Of a DNA stretch of 64,000 bases, positions 8,678 to 18,589 are shown piece by piece. The translations under genes were made by a program, and so were the position numbers. The stretch lies in sequence record SRR31156797_505; one strand, written 5' to 3'. How positions within the stretch are numbered: the stretch's first letter is position 1; every line of letters begins with the position of its first letter. The notes under the pieces were generated by a model. That model searched no databases. It saw nothing but the letters and a program-made list of their open reading frames with translations, and had not been told where the DNA came from.

Positions 8678-11437
8678 ATGATTAAGAATAATAAGATTTC
8701 ATTTAAAAACACACCGGCACCAATATTTAAGATAAATAGTGAAGGTATCATTATTGAGGCGAATGACTGTTTTCTAGCAGTTTCAGGTCTCAATACTAAA
8801 ATGCTTGAAAGTGGCTCTAAATGCTCAGATATTATTACATGCCCTTCTTCTGACTACTTCTCCAGATTAAAGGCTACCGGCACCATCACTAATTATGAAG
8901 CTATTATAAATGGCGTACCGGTAAATGTGAACGGATTTGCTGACTATAATGATGAAGGCGTGTTTTTAGGCGCTACAGTATTTTTACGATTAGTTGAAGG
9001 GAAGCAGCCGGACTATAACCAGATTTTTCATAAAACCTCAGTCCCAATATTTATTTACGATCCTGTGACAAGGAAGTTCGTTGATGCTAACAGTGCGTGC
9101 TGTGCGTATTACGGCTATTCGATAAATGAGTTTACTAATCTTTCGGTAGACGAAATCAACGACGATGATTATGACAATGTCACAGAAAATATTAAGTCTA
9201 TCCTCGAGGGTAAGGGTGAGAGAAAGTTCACCTTCAGGCATAGGCTTAGCGATGGCAGAATAAGATATATTGAGACAAAACCTTCTCCGGTCACATTTGG
9301 CGGGAGAAAACTAATTTTTGAAACAATAAATGATGTTACCGATAAATATAAATCTGAAAAGAATTTAAATAACATAGCCAGTATCTCGACGATGTTGATG
9401 ACCGCAGAGGTTGACCTTAAGCAGATTTCAGAAATAATCGTGTCCTACGCCAAAGACCTTACAAATGCTACGTCTGGATATGCTGGAAGTATCGATGAGG
9501 ATAGCGGTAATTTATGTATCCATGCGTATGACACACCAGGTGACTCCAATAGAGATGGGCGTACAGGTAAGAGCATAGAGATCCCTTTCCATAAAGATGG
9601 TGAATACCGTGGCTTATGGGGACACCTGCTCAATACCAAAGAGCCTCATTTTGATAATAACTTTAGTAGTAGCGAGCTTTCAGCTGAGTCGTCTCAGGGG
9701 CATTTAAATCTTGAGAATTTTCTCTCTTGTCCGGTTGTTTTCGATGATGAGCTGGTAGGTCAGATCACTGTTGCAAATTCACCTGAAGGGTTTAGTGAAG
9801 AGGACGTTTGGTCCTTGAGAGAGCTTGTAAAGCTTTACGCTTTTGCTCTCAGGCATCAGTCAGAAAGGCAGCTCGAAAGACTTTTTCGTACTATGTTTAA
9901 CCATATCGAAGACGGAATTGCGATATATGTTGTGGTTGATGGCAAATATATCTTTAAAGAGATCAACCAGAGCGGGCTGGACATAAGCGGCTTTACCAGA
10001 GATGATGTCATAGGCAGGAGCCTATTTGATGTTTATCCAGGTTTTGAAGGTGATCCGCTTATCGAAACTTTTGATAAGGTATGGGAGAGGGGTGAGGCTA
10101 TGTCACACCCTAGAGCCTTGTACAAAGATGATACGCATGAGCTTTGGGTTGAAAACTACGTGTTTAAACTTGATGAAAAATATTTAGTAGCTATATATCG
10201 GGATATTACTGAAATTGTTAGAACAACTGAAGAGCTTGCCACAAGCGAAGAGAAGTATAGAACATACATTAACGACTCACCTGACCCAATTATCGTAATT
10301 GATAAATCCACTAATATTGTTGAACTGAATAAAGCAGCACATGAGAAGTTTGGCTATACAGAAGAAGAGCTTATAGGTAAGTCGATCTCTATATTATGGC
10401 CGCAGAACAGTCATGAACGCTATTTACGGGACTTGGGTGAACTGAATGTACTTGGTAAGGTTAGGATTGTTCATGAGTTTGTTTCAAAATCTGGAGACAT
10501 TTTTGATATTCAAGTTCACGCTAAAGCGCTGAAGGATGGCTATGTTATGGCAATGCTACAGGACATCAGCGACCGGGTCCGTATGCAGATGGAGCTCAGC
10601 GAACTTAATATTGATCTGCAAAAGCGTGTTCAGGATGAAGTTCAGCTCAGAGAGAAGCAGGAGAAAGCTTTTTTCGAACAGAAGAAGCTCGCCGATATGG
10701 GGCAGATGATAAGTGCTATCGCTCATCAGTGGCGACAGCCTATTAATGCTTTAGGGCTTTTTGCTCAATATATTGCAGAGCAGTACGCAGAGGGCGATCT
10801 GAATGATGAGGATATCAGAGAGTTTAAAACAGTTTCAAATAATATGATACAGCACATGTCCCGCACCATAGATGATTTCAGAAATTTTTGCACACCTGAT
10901 AAAGAGGAAGTCAATTTTGAAGTTATCTACGAAATACGGAGTACGTTAAAAATTATTGAATCTCAGCTAGGGATGGATGGGATAGTTTGCTCGCTAAGCT
11001 GTCGGTGCCCTCATAAAGATTCGCATATAATCGTCGGTGATGATTTTAAGTGTGAGCACGGGCTGAGTCTTGTACGAGGGTATCCTGGTGAGCTTAAGCA
11101 GGCATTGATGAATATTATATATAACGCTGTTGACTCTATCAAAGAGAGGGCTTTGTCTGATGAAAAGCTGAAAGGTCGGCTGGATATATCTGTCAGGGCG
11201 GATAAAGATGGCGTAAGTGTTTTTTGCTGTGACAACGGCTGTGGTATACCTGATAATGTTATGCCTAATATTTTCGATCCGTACTTCACCACAAAAGACG
11301 AAGGGAAGGGGACTGGAATAGGTCTTTATATGACAAAACTTGTTGTAGAAAAACATATGAACGGCAGGGTGAGCACTGTCAATACTGAAGAGGGTGCTTG
11401 TTTCGAAATATACCTTCCGAATAATCTTTACGCTTAA
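8678..11437 (+). CDS. Multi-PAS/GAF histidine kinase
   Basis: Several PAS repeats, a GAF domain, H-box IAHQWRQP, PYFTTK..GTGIGL. Start moved to ATG 8678 because the track start at 8516 overlaps the upstream gene. Confidence 0.88.
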   Translation: MIKNNKISFKNTPAPIFKINSEGIIIEANDCFLAVSGLNTKMLESGSKCSDIITCPSSDYFSRLKATGTITNYEAIINGVPVNVNGFADYNDEGVFLGATVFLRLVEGKQPDYNQIFHKTSVPIFIYDPVTRKFVDANSACCAYYGYSINEFTNLSVDEINDDDYDNVTENIKSILEGKGERKFTFRHRLSDGRIRYIETKPSPVTFGGRKLIFETINDVTDKYKSEKNLNNIASISTMLMTAEVDLKQISEIIVSYAKDLTNATSGYAGSIDEDSGNLCIHAYDTPGDSNRDGRTGKSIEIPFHKDGEYRGLWGHLLNTKEPHFDNNFSSSELSAESSQGHLNLENFLSCPVVFDDELVGQITVANSPEGFSEEDVWSLRELVKLYAFALRHQSERQLERLFRTMFNHIEDGIAIYVVVDGKYIFKEINQSGLDISGFTRDDVIGRSLFDVYPGFEGDPLIETFDKVWERGEAMSHPRALYKDDTHELWVENYVFKLDEKYLVAIYRDITEIVRTTEELATSEEKYRTYINDSPDPIIVIDKSTNIVELNKAAHEKFGYTEEELIGKSISILWPQNSHERYLRDLGELNVLGKVRIVHEFVSKSGDIFDIQVHAKALKDGYVMAMLQDISDRVRMQMELSELNIDLQKRVQDEVQLREKQEKAFFEQKKLADMGQMISAIAHQWRQPINALGLFAQYIAEQYAEGDLNDEDIREFKTVSNNMIQHMSRTIDDFRNFCTPDKEEVNFEVIYEIRSTLKIIESQLGMDGIVCSLSCRCPHKDSHIIVGDDFKCEHGLSLVRGYPGELKQALMNIIYNAVDSIKERALSDEKLKGRLDISVRADKDGVSVFCCDNGCGIPDNVMPNIFDPYFTTKDEGKGTGIGLYMTKLVVEKHMNGRVSTVNTEEGACFEIYLPNNLYA

Positions 11438-11492
11438 CCTAACTTTACAATCAAGCGCTTGTTAATCTTATTACATCTGTTATACATATCTA

Positions 11493-12674
11493 ATGATAAA
11501 TATCGAAAAGAGTAAAAGTTTTTATATATTGTTTATAGCACTTCTCGGAAGTATCGCCCCTGTATCAACTGACATGTATCTCGCTGCCATACCTCAGATA
11601 GCTGAAGGGTGGGGTGTTGGCAAAAACCTCGTTAACCTCACGCTGGTATTGTGGTTTGCATCTTTCAGCGTGTTTATACTTGTGGCTGGTTCTCTCTCTG
11701 ATAAGTACGGACGAAAGCCTATTCTTCTGATAGGGCTGGCACTTTTTGTTGTGGCGTCTTTACTATGTGCTATGTCGTCAAATGTCTATCAGCTAATAGC
11801 TTTCCGCATTATGCAAGGTGCTGGTGCAGGTGCGCCGGCGGCTATAGTTATGGCTATTGTCAGAGATAAATTTCAAGGTTCAGAACGCCACAAGGTACTT
11901 GCGTATATTATGACTATTGTGGCTGTTGCTCCTATGGTTGCTCCTATGGCTGGCGCTATGATGCTTAAGTTCCTTAGCTGGAGATACATCTTTTTCGCAC
12001 AGGCATCTGTGGTGATTTTTTCATTTTTCATTACACTTAATTTCAAAGAGACGATAGCTGAGAAGCTTGATACAAGAGTGCTGAAGCTTGTGACAAGATA
12101 TGCGGTACACCTGAAAAATAAGCAGTTCATGATGGCGAATTTTAGCTTAGGGCTTCTTTCGCTCCCTTTTTACGGATTTATCGCTTTTTCGCCTTTGTAT
12201 TATATATCTATAAATAACCTTTCAGAGCAGATGTTTAGCGTTTATTTTGGTGCGAATGCATTTTGTGCTATGCTCGGTTCTTTCGCCTCATCTAAGGTTG
12301 TAAAATTTCTGAGCGATGAAAAGATTGTAACTTACTCTATTATAGGCTGTGTTGCTGGCGGAGCCGGAGTGCTTCTATTTGCCGGTGTACACCATATATT
12401 TTTCTTTAGTTCAATGGCTCTTTTTACATTCTTCATGGCGATGAACAGACCTTTGAGCGGATCTATAATTGTTGGTCTTGTTGAGACAGATATAGGCTCA
12501 GCGTCTTCGTTTCTAGTCTCATTTCAGTTTCTCTGCGGAGCTATATGTATGGCCGTTGTTACTCACGAATGGGGTAATCCGACAATAGTTTATGGCTCAG
12601 TAGTATTCGGAACATCAGTTATGGTTCTCTCAGTATGGCTGAAAATAGCAAAGAGCATAACTACTGCTGATTAG
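11493..12674 (+). CDS. Bcr/CflA family MFS efflux transporter
   Basis: STDMYLAAIP, GSLSDKYGRKP motif A, about 12 hydrophobic segments. Confidence 0.9.
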   Translation: MINIEKSKSFYILFIALLGSIAPVSTDMYLAAIPQIAEGWGVGKNLVNLTLVLWFASFSVFILVAGSLSDKYGRKPILLIGLALFVVASLLCAMSSNVYQLIAFRIMQGAGAGAPAAIVMAIVRDKFQGSERHKVLAYIMTIVAVAPMVAPMAGAMMLKFLSWRYIFFAQASVVIFSFFITLNFKETIAEKLDTRVLKLVTRYAVHLKNKQFMMANFSLGLLSLPFYGFIAFSPLYYISINNLSEQMFSVYFGANAFCAMLGSFASSKVVKFLSDEKIVTYSIIGCVAGGAGVLLFAGVHHIFFFSSMALFTFFMAMNRPLSGSIIVGLVETDIGSASSFLVSFQFLCGAICMAVVTHEWGNPTIVYGSVVFGTSVMVLSVWLKIAKSITTAD

Positions 12675-13381
12675 CGTTCTGGAAGTTCAAAAAGTATAAC
12701 GTCTGACTCAGCATTAGCATGTATATGTAGCTGATCAGCACCCGATATTTCAGCACTGTCTCTCGGTTCGAGTATGTTTTTGCCCAAGGTTACGGATCCG
12801 TCAATGATGAATAGGAATAGCAGGTTACCTGAGTTTCTTACGTCGTAGCGATAGTCCTGATCCTTAGATAGAATACCTCTTTTTACCCATGCATCCTGAT
12901 GAAACGTCAGCCCCTCTTCCTCCTTTTCGCCGGAGGCAACAGTGATCAGCTCGCCCTTACGTTTTTCAAAATCAAAACTCATCTGCTCGTATTCAGGTTC
13001 GATCTCCCTATTGTTGGTCTGAATCCATATCTGAAACAGCTTGAGAGCTTCCTCGGCCGAAGGATTCCACTCGGAGTGGCTTATTCCGCTCCCTGCGCTC
13101 ATCCTCTGTACTTCACCCGGTTTTATTATTGAGCCGTTGCCAAGGCTGTCTTTGTGTTCGAGTGTCCCCTCAGTCACAATGGTGACTATCTCCATGTTGT
13201 TGTGTGGATGCCTTGGGAAACCGCTTTCTGGCTGAACAATATCGTCATTCAAAACTCTAAGTACACCGAAACCCATCCTGTGCCGGTTAAGATAGTTAGC
13301 AAAGCTGAAGCTGAAAGCTGATTTTAGCCAGCCGTGGTCACCCGTTCCGCGTTCATTAGATTTGTGTATGTTTATATCCAT
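12671..13381 (-). CDS. Pirin family protein (YhhW-like)
   Basis: GFPRHPHNNMEI, HKDSLGN, MSAGSGISHSE, LFQIWI; ATG at 13381 preceded by GAGG. Confidence 0.92.
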   Translation of the reverse strand: MDINIHKSNERGTGDHGWLKSAFSFSFANYLNRHRMGFGVLRVLNDDIVQPESGFPRHPHNNMEIVTIVTEGTLEHKDSLGNGSIIKPGEVQRMSAGSGISHSEWNPSAEEALKLFQIWIQTNNREIEPEYEQMSFDFEKRKGELITVASGEKEEEGLTFHQDAWVKRGILSKDQDYRYDVRNSGNLLFLFIIDGSVTLGKNILEPRDSAEISGADQLHIHANAESDVILFELPER

Positions 13382-13463
13382 TTGAACCTCGAAATAAAAT
13401 GCATAAATTTTGTCTGTAAAACTAATTTGCTGCATTACCAGATAAGTTCAAGAGTTAAATAAT

Positions 13464-13486
13464 AACTATTGTCGATTTCAATAGTT
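13464..13486. promoter_or_regulatory. Perfect inverted repeat, candidate operator between divergent pirin and moaE-like genes
   Basis: AACTATTG-N7-CAATAGTT. Confidence 0.5.
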
Positions 13487-13541
13487 GCAATAAGAGAAAT
13501 GTCTGCTATTGTTAGTCTATTGAGCTTATCGGAGAGACAAA

Positions 13542-13904
13542 ATGGATATTTCTAAAAAGATTGCAGAACTGAAAAAAGATGAAAATTTTGCCGAAAATGT
13601 CGGCATGATACTTATACACAACGGAGTAGTCAGAGGGACTAAAAGAGAAGACGGTGCTCCTGTTTCAAAGCTGGAAGTTAAGGCTGACAGGGAGAAGATG
13701 GGGGAGATTGTAAAAGATATCGAAGCGATGGAAGGTATTTATAAAGTTGTGGCAGAAGCTATTGACGGTGTGATGCTGCCGGGTGATGATCTCCTTTATC
13801 TTATTGTCTGCGGTGACATAAGAGAGAATGTTAAGCCTGCACTGGCGCTCCTTCTTGACCGTATAAAGTCTGAGGCTGTAGCGAAAAAAGAGTACGGAGT
13901 ATAA
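13542..13904 (+). CDS. moaE: MoaE-family molybdopterin synthase subunit (short type)
   Basis: GMILIHNGVVRGT, PGDDLLYLIVCGDIRENV, KKE C-terminus; RBS GGAG. Confidence 0.75.
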   Translation: MDISKKIAELKKDENFAENVGMILIHNGVVRGTKREDGAPVSKLEVKADREKMGEIVKDIEAMEGIYKVVAEAIDGVMLPGDDLLYLIVCGDIRENVKPALALLLDRIKSEAVAKKEYGV

Positions 13905-13953
13905 TTTTGTGTGTTAGAATAAAATAATTATTTATCTCAGGTGAAGGTGAAGA

Positions 13954-14304
13954 TTGAAGGATGTCAGCGTACTTTTTGTAGAGGATGATGAGCTCACCAG
14001 AGCGATCCTTGGCAGACAGTTCGACGAAATATATTCAAAAGTTTATAAAGCTGCTGACGGTGCAGAAGGTCTCGAAATATATAAAACTGAGATGCCTGAT
14101 GTCGTTGTCACAGATATCACTATGCCGGTTATGACAGGTTCTGAGATGATAATGCATATCTTCAGCATAAAAGCTGACCAGCCTGTGGTCGTCCTTACAG
14201 GTTTCAGTGACGATTCTGAATTTGCTGGCGATGTGAAAATACTCCATAAGCCCGTTATCGCTGCCGATGTGATAGCCCTGATAGATAGTTTTATCGAAGC
14301 CTGA
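13954..14304 (+). CDS. Single-domain response regulator
   Basis: VEDD, TDITMPVMTG, LTG, HKP receiver motifs. Confidence 0.85.
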   Translation: MKDVSVLFVEDDELTRAILGRQFDEIYSKVYKAADGAEGLEIYKTEMPDVVVTDITMPVMTGSEMIMHIFSIKADQPVVVLTGFSDDSEFAGDVKILHKPVIAADVIALIDSFIEA

Positions 14305-14368
14305 AATAACCCCGTCTCCTAGTTGACTGATGACCTATCTGGTGTATGATATTCTATTCTAAAAATGA

Positions 14369-14869
14369 GTGAGACCTATGATCACAATGATAACTGGCGG
14401 AGCTGGTGCCGGTAAAACTGCCCACGCATTACATCTTGCTGATAATTATCGCAGTAAAGTCTATGTCGCTACTGCTGAGAATACTGACCCTGAGATTCAG
14501 GCGAAGATCACAGCACATAAAGCTGAGCGGGATGCAACCTACATGACAACCGAAGAACCCTTAGAACTTTCCGGCGTTTTTGATACAGAAGCTGATATTA
14601 TTATTATCGACTGTATTACCTTCTGGGTGAACAATCTTATCTATTATAAAAAAGACGAAAAAGTATATTTTAACGCATTCGTCCAAAGCTTAAAAAACAC
14701 TGATAAACCAGTGGTTATTGTTACAAATGAAGTCGGGCTCGGTATAATCCCTTGGGAGAGCGAGACCAGAAGATATGCAAAACTTCTTGCAAAAATTAAT
14801 AAAGAAATAGCAGGTATAGCGGACAGTGTTACTATGATGGTGTCCGGTGTGCCGATGAAAGTTAAATAG
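14369..14869 (+). CDS. cobU: Adenosylcobinamide kinase/adenosylcobinamide-phosphate guanylyltransferase
   Basis: ITGGAGAGKT, YVATA, IDCITFWVNN, VTNEVGLG, VSGVP; exact start uncertain. Confidence 0.92.
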   Translation: MRPMITMITGGAGAGKTAHALHLADNYRSKVYVATAENTDPEIQAKITAHKAERDATYMTTEEPLELSGVFDTEADIIIIDCITFWVNNLIYYKKDEKVYFNAFVQSLKNTDKPVVIVTNEVGLGIIPWESETRRYAKLLAKINKEIAGIADSVTMMVSGVPMKVK

Positions 14870-14881
14870 ATGGAGTATTTA

Positions 14882-15952
14882 ATGAAACTTAGAGAAGTTA
14901 TTGATTCGATTGAGGCAATTGACAAAGAAATTTATGAAAAAGCGGCTCAGCGCACAAGTAATCTGATTATGCCGCCGAGGGCTATGGGGCGTCTTAATGA
15001 CCTCTCCGAACAGCTTTGCGCTATCAGCAGAACCTTGAAGCCGAAATACACAAAGAAAGGTGTTTTTGTTATGGCTGCCGATCATGGTGTAGTGGAAGAG
15101 GGCGTGAGCGCATTCCCACAGGAAGTGACTGGTCAGATGATAGGTGCATTTTCCGTAGGTATCGCAACTATTAACGCACTTTGCAATGATGCGGGTGTTC
15201 GTGTTGTGGTTACAGATGTCGGTTCACTATCAGAAGTCCCTGCGACAAAGGTTTCAGCTAAGGCTGACTATCTTGTACGCAAGGTCGCAAAAGGGACTAA
15301 AAATTTTGTAAAAGAAGCTGCTATGACACGTGAAGAGGCGGAGCAATCTGTCATCACAGGTTATCAGGTCGCTGTTGAATACGTAGAGAAAGAAGGGTTG
15401 GAGCTCATCACTACAGGCGACATGGGGATAGGCAACACAACTCCGTCAGCAGCTATTGGCGCAGTTTACACAGGCGTATCTGTTGATATTATGACTGGTC
15501 GTGGCTCAGGCATTAATGATAAAGCTCTTGCACACAAAACAAAAGTTATCGAAGATGCAATAAAGCTTAACAATCCTGACAAGAGTGATGCAATAGATGT
15601 ACTTTCTAAGGTTGGCGGGCTTGAGATAGGTGCTATCGCAGGCGCTATGCTAGCTGGTGCTGCAAAGGGGCTCCCTGTTATTGTGGATGGTGTGATATCC
15701 ACAGCGGGTGCTATAATAGCAGCAGGGCTCTGTCCGAATGCGAAAGGTTACATGATCGCAGGACATAAGTCTGTTGAGCCGGGGCAGATTAAAATGCTTG
15801 AATATCTCGGACTCGACCCGCTCCTTAATCTCGGCATGAGGCTAGGGGAGGGCACAGGCGCTGTTGTGGCTATGTCTATTGTAGATAGTGCGGCGGCTAT
15901 CATTCGTGATGTCGCAACATTCGAAGAGGCTGGTGTCAGCGGAAAGGAATAG
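14882..15952 (+). CDS. cobT: Nicotinate-nucleotide:dimethylbenzimidazole phosphoribosyltransferase
   Basis: AADHGV, GDMGIGNTT, VGGLEI, MRLGEGTGA, ATFEEAGV; RBS GGAG before ATG 14882. Confidence 0.95.
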   Translation: MKLREVIDSIEAIDKEIYEKAAQRTSNLIMPPRAMGRLNDLSEQLCAISRTLKPKYTKKGVFVMAADHGVVEEGVSAFPQEVTGQMIGAFSVGIATINALCNDAGVRVVVTDVGSLSEVPATKVSAKADYLVRKVAKGTKNFVKEAAMTREEAEQSVITGYQVAVEYVEKEGLELITTGDMGIGNTTPSAAIGAVYTGVSVDIMTGRGSGINDKALAHKTKVIEDAIKLNNPDKSDAIDVLSKVGGLEIGAIAGAMLAGAAKGLPVIVDGVISTAGAIIAAGLCPNAKGYMIAGHKSVEPGQIKMLEYLGLDPLLNLGMRLGEGTGAVVAMSIVDSAAAIIRDVATFEEAGVSGKE

Positions 15953-16654
15953 ATGAAAAACTTAAAAGATGCACTCTCGTTTCTTACAATTGTAAAGTTC
16001 TACTCGGACGATTTCAGTGCTGTGGGGGCTATGAACGCCTTCGCATATGTCGGGCTGCTTCTGGGCTGCGTTCTTGCTGGTGCATATCACCTGCTTGGCG
16101 ACAGTTTCCTCATGCCTATCGCTGTGACAGTCTTATGGGTTGTGCTTACGGGGGCTTTGCATCTTGACGGTGTTATGGATACGGCGGACGCACTCTTCTC
16201 TCATAGGGAGAGGGAGAGAAAGCTTGAGATAATGAAAGATTCAAGGTCAGGGGCGATGGCTGTGGTTACGGCTATCCTCCTGATCCTTATAAAATATGAA
16301 TCGATAAGCCAGCTAAATAATTTCTGGGTTCTTATAATAATTCCCGCTATAGCACGTGCTGGGATGGTATGGACAATGAAAACTATGCCTTATGTACGGT
16401 CTGAGGGCACTGGTAAAATGTTTTTTGAGTCAGAGAGTTCTTTGTGGATATATCAGTTTGTGCCGGTTTTTGTTATTTCACTGATGTTAGGCTTAAAACC
16501 TGCGCTTATGCTCATCGCTGTTTTTGGTGCAACAGTGCTGGTGCTCCAGTGGTGGTATCGTAAGCAGATCGGCGGGATAACAGGCGACCTCCTCGGTGCT
16601 CAGTGTGAGGTGACAGAGACCGCTATGCTCCTTTTTGCGGGGGCATTATTATGA
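15953..16654 (+). CDS. cobS: Cobamide synthase
   Basis: TGALHLDGVMDTADA, IMKDSRSG, GGITGDLLGA. Confidence 0.95.
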   Translation: MKNLKDALSFLTIVKFYSDDFSAVGAMNAFAYVGLLLGCVLAGAYHLLGDSFLMPIAVTVLWVVLTGALHLDGVMDTADALFSHRERERKLEIMKDSRSGAMAVVTAILLILIKYESISQLNNFWVLIIIPAIARAGMVWTMKTMPYVRSEGTGKMFFESESSLWIYQFVPVFVISLMLGLKPALMLIAVFGATVLVLQWWYRKQIGGITGDLLGAQCEVTETAMLLFAGALL

Positions 16655-17625
16655 AGCAGGGAGCACACGGCGGAGATATTTATCAGGCGGCTAAGTATCT
16701 AGGGTGTGGTATCGATGATATTTACGATTACAGCAGTAATGTTTCGCCATGGGCTGTAGATGTCGATGTAGATAAGGCTTGCCTGTCACGTCTGCCGGAA
16801 CCTCATAGTGAAACTCTTGTAAAATCATTTGCCGAAAAATACGGGCACAACGCTGAAAATGTATGCATATCTTCCGGTACGACGGAGATCATAGAGGCTG
16901 TATGCAGAAAATATTCTGGTAACAGTGCTAAAATATTTCATCCAACTTACTCTGACTACATATATTATTGTAATAAGTACGATGTTAAACTCACGACCAG
17001 TCTGCTTGCCGGGGTGTGTTTCATCTGTAATCCGAATAACCCAACTGGGTCGACACTCGAAAAGGATATCCTCCTCACAACAATTAATAAAAATATCGGT
17101 ACACTGTTCGTAGTGGACGAATCATATATGCCTTTTCACCTTAGCGAAGATAGCTTTACCTTAACTAATGAGCTGGCTGACAACTTGATTGTTTTACGCT
17201 CATTTTCTAAAGTGTACGGTCTGCCTGGGCTTAGGCTTGGCGGGGCTATATCTGGTAATGTCGATCTTATTAATGATATCAAAGGGTCTATATCCCCTTG
17301 GAGTGTTAACAGCTACGCTCAGCAGGCAGGTCTTAAACTGCTTGATATTAGCACAATTGATGTTGCTGAAAAACTCCAGATAAAGAAATTTGATTTCTTA
17401 AAAGAGCTGATAGATTTAGATTATCTTGAACCAGTGAAGAGTGATGTTAATTTTCTTTTGTGCAAGCTTAAAAGGGGCACATCAGCGGAGCTTTTCGAAC
17501 ATTGCCTGAGTCAGAAGGTGCTAATAAGAGATTGCGCAAATTTTGAAGGGCTGGACGATTCTTTTGTCCGCTTCGCTATGACAGATAATATAGAACCACT
17601 CACAGATGCCTTAAAAGGGTTTTGA
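16651..17625 (+). CDS. cobD: Threonine-phosphate decarboxylase (PLP class I/II)
   Basis: HGGD, CNPNNPTG, VVDESY, RSFSKVYGLPGLRLG, IRDCANFEGL; cob context. Confidence 0.85.
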   Translation: MKQGAHGGDIYQAAKYLGCGIDDIYDYSSNVSPWAVDVDVDKACLSRLPEPHSETLVKSFAEKYGHNAENVCISSGTTEIIEAVCRKYSGNSAKIFHPTYSDYIYYCNKYDVKLTTSLLAGVCFICNPNNPTGSTLEKDILLTTINKNIGTLFVVDESYMPFHLSEDSFTLTNELADNLIVLRSFSKVYGLPGLRLGGAISGNVDLINDIKGSISPWSVNSYAQQAGLKLLDISTIDVAEKLQIKKFDFLKELIDLDYLEPVKSDVNFLLCKLKRGTSAELFEHCLSQKVLIRDCANFEGLDDSFVRFAMTDNIEPLTDALKGF

Positions 17626-17626
17626 T

Positions 17627-18589
17627 ATGGCTGATTTTATAGTCCTTAACCTTGTGTCAGTTATTATCGCATACCTGCTTGATTTGAGATTTGGTGAGCC
17701 GAATACAAAATACCATCCAATCTGTTGGCTTGGTTATTTGATTACTAAGCTGGAAAATATTTTTTACCCAAACTTTTCAAAGTTTAACGGCGGACTGTTG
17801 CTACTCATTTTTACAGTGGGGATAGCGACGGGAACAGCGTATATATTGTTATCCTTCGCATACAGTATCGGTGGGTATGCATATTTAGCTCTTAATACCG
17901 TAATTATATATTTCTCCATAAGTGTTACATCTATGGTAAATCATTCCGAGGCAGTTTATAAACCTTTGTCTGACAGAAACTTAGAAGAAGCAAGACGAGA
18001 ATTATCTATGATTGTAAGCCGTGATACGGATGGAATGGATAGCGAGATGATTGTGCGGTCAACAGTGGAATCAATCTCTGAAAACCTCACTGACGGCGTT
18101 GTCTCGCCAATATTTCTTTCAGCAATATTTGGTGGTACAGGAGCTATTTTATTCAAATCAGTTAGTACGTTAGATTCTATGGTTGGGTATATGAATGAGA
18201 AATATGAGCTATTCGGCAGAGCTTCAGCTAAGGCAGATGATGTTCTGAATTTCATCCCAGCTAGATTATCAGTAATCTTTATTGCTGTTGCCGGATATTG
18301 CAGAGGCATTTCAGTTGCAGAGGTCTTTAGAGTAGCTAAAAAGTTTAGATTATCTCACCCTAGCCCTAACTCAGCTCATAGTATGTCAGCCTTTGCCGGT
18401 GTGCTTAGGGTTACACTTGGTGGTGCTGTTAGTTATTTTGGAAAGGTGAAAGAAAAAGAACATATTGGTGATGGTGATGCGCAGCTTTCCCCTGAAATTA
18501 TTTATGAAGCGATAGCCTTATATAAGCTGTCGTCACTGGTTGCTGTCGTATTGTTAGCCGGTATACCACTTTTAAGGGCTGTTTTATGA
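17627..18589 (+). CDS. cbiB: Adenosylcobinamide-phosphate synthase
   Basis: GEP..HP, IVSRDT, ESISENLTDG, TLDSMVGY, HPSPNS. Confidence 0.95.
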   Translation: MADFIVLNLVSVIIAYLLDLRFGEPNTKYHPICWLGYLITKLENIFYPNFSKFNGGLLLLIFTVGIATGTAYILLSFAYSIGGYAYLALNTVIIYFSISVTSMVNHSEAVYKPLSDRNLEEARRELSMIVSRDTDGMDSEMIVRSTVESISENLTDGVVSPIFLSAIFGGTGAILFKSVSTLDSMVGYMNEKYELFGRASAKADDVLNFIPARLSVIFIAVAGYCRGISVAEVFRVAKKFRLSHPSPNSAHSMSAFAGVLRVTLGGAVSYFGKVKEKEHIGDGDAQLSPEIIYEAIALYKLSSLVAVVLLAGIPLLRAVL

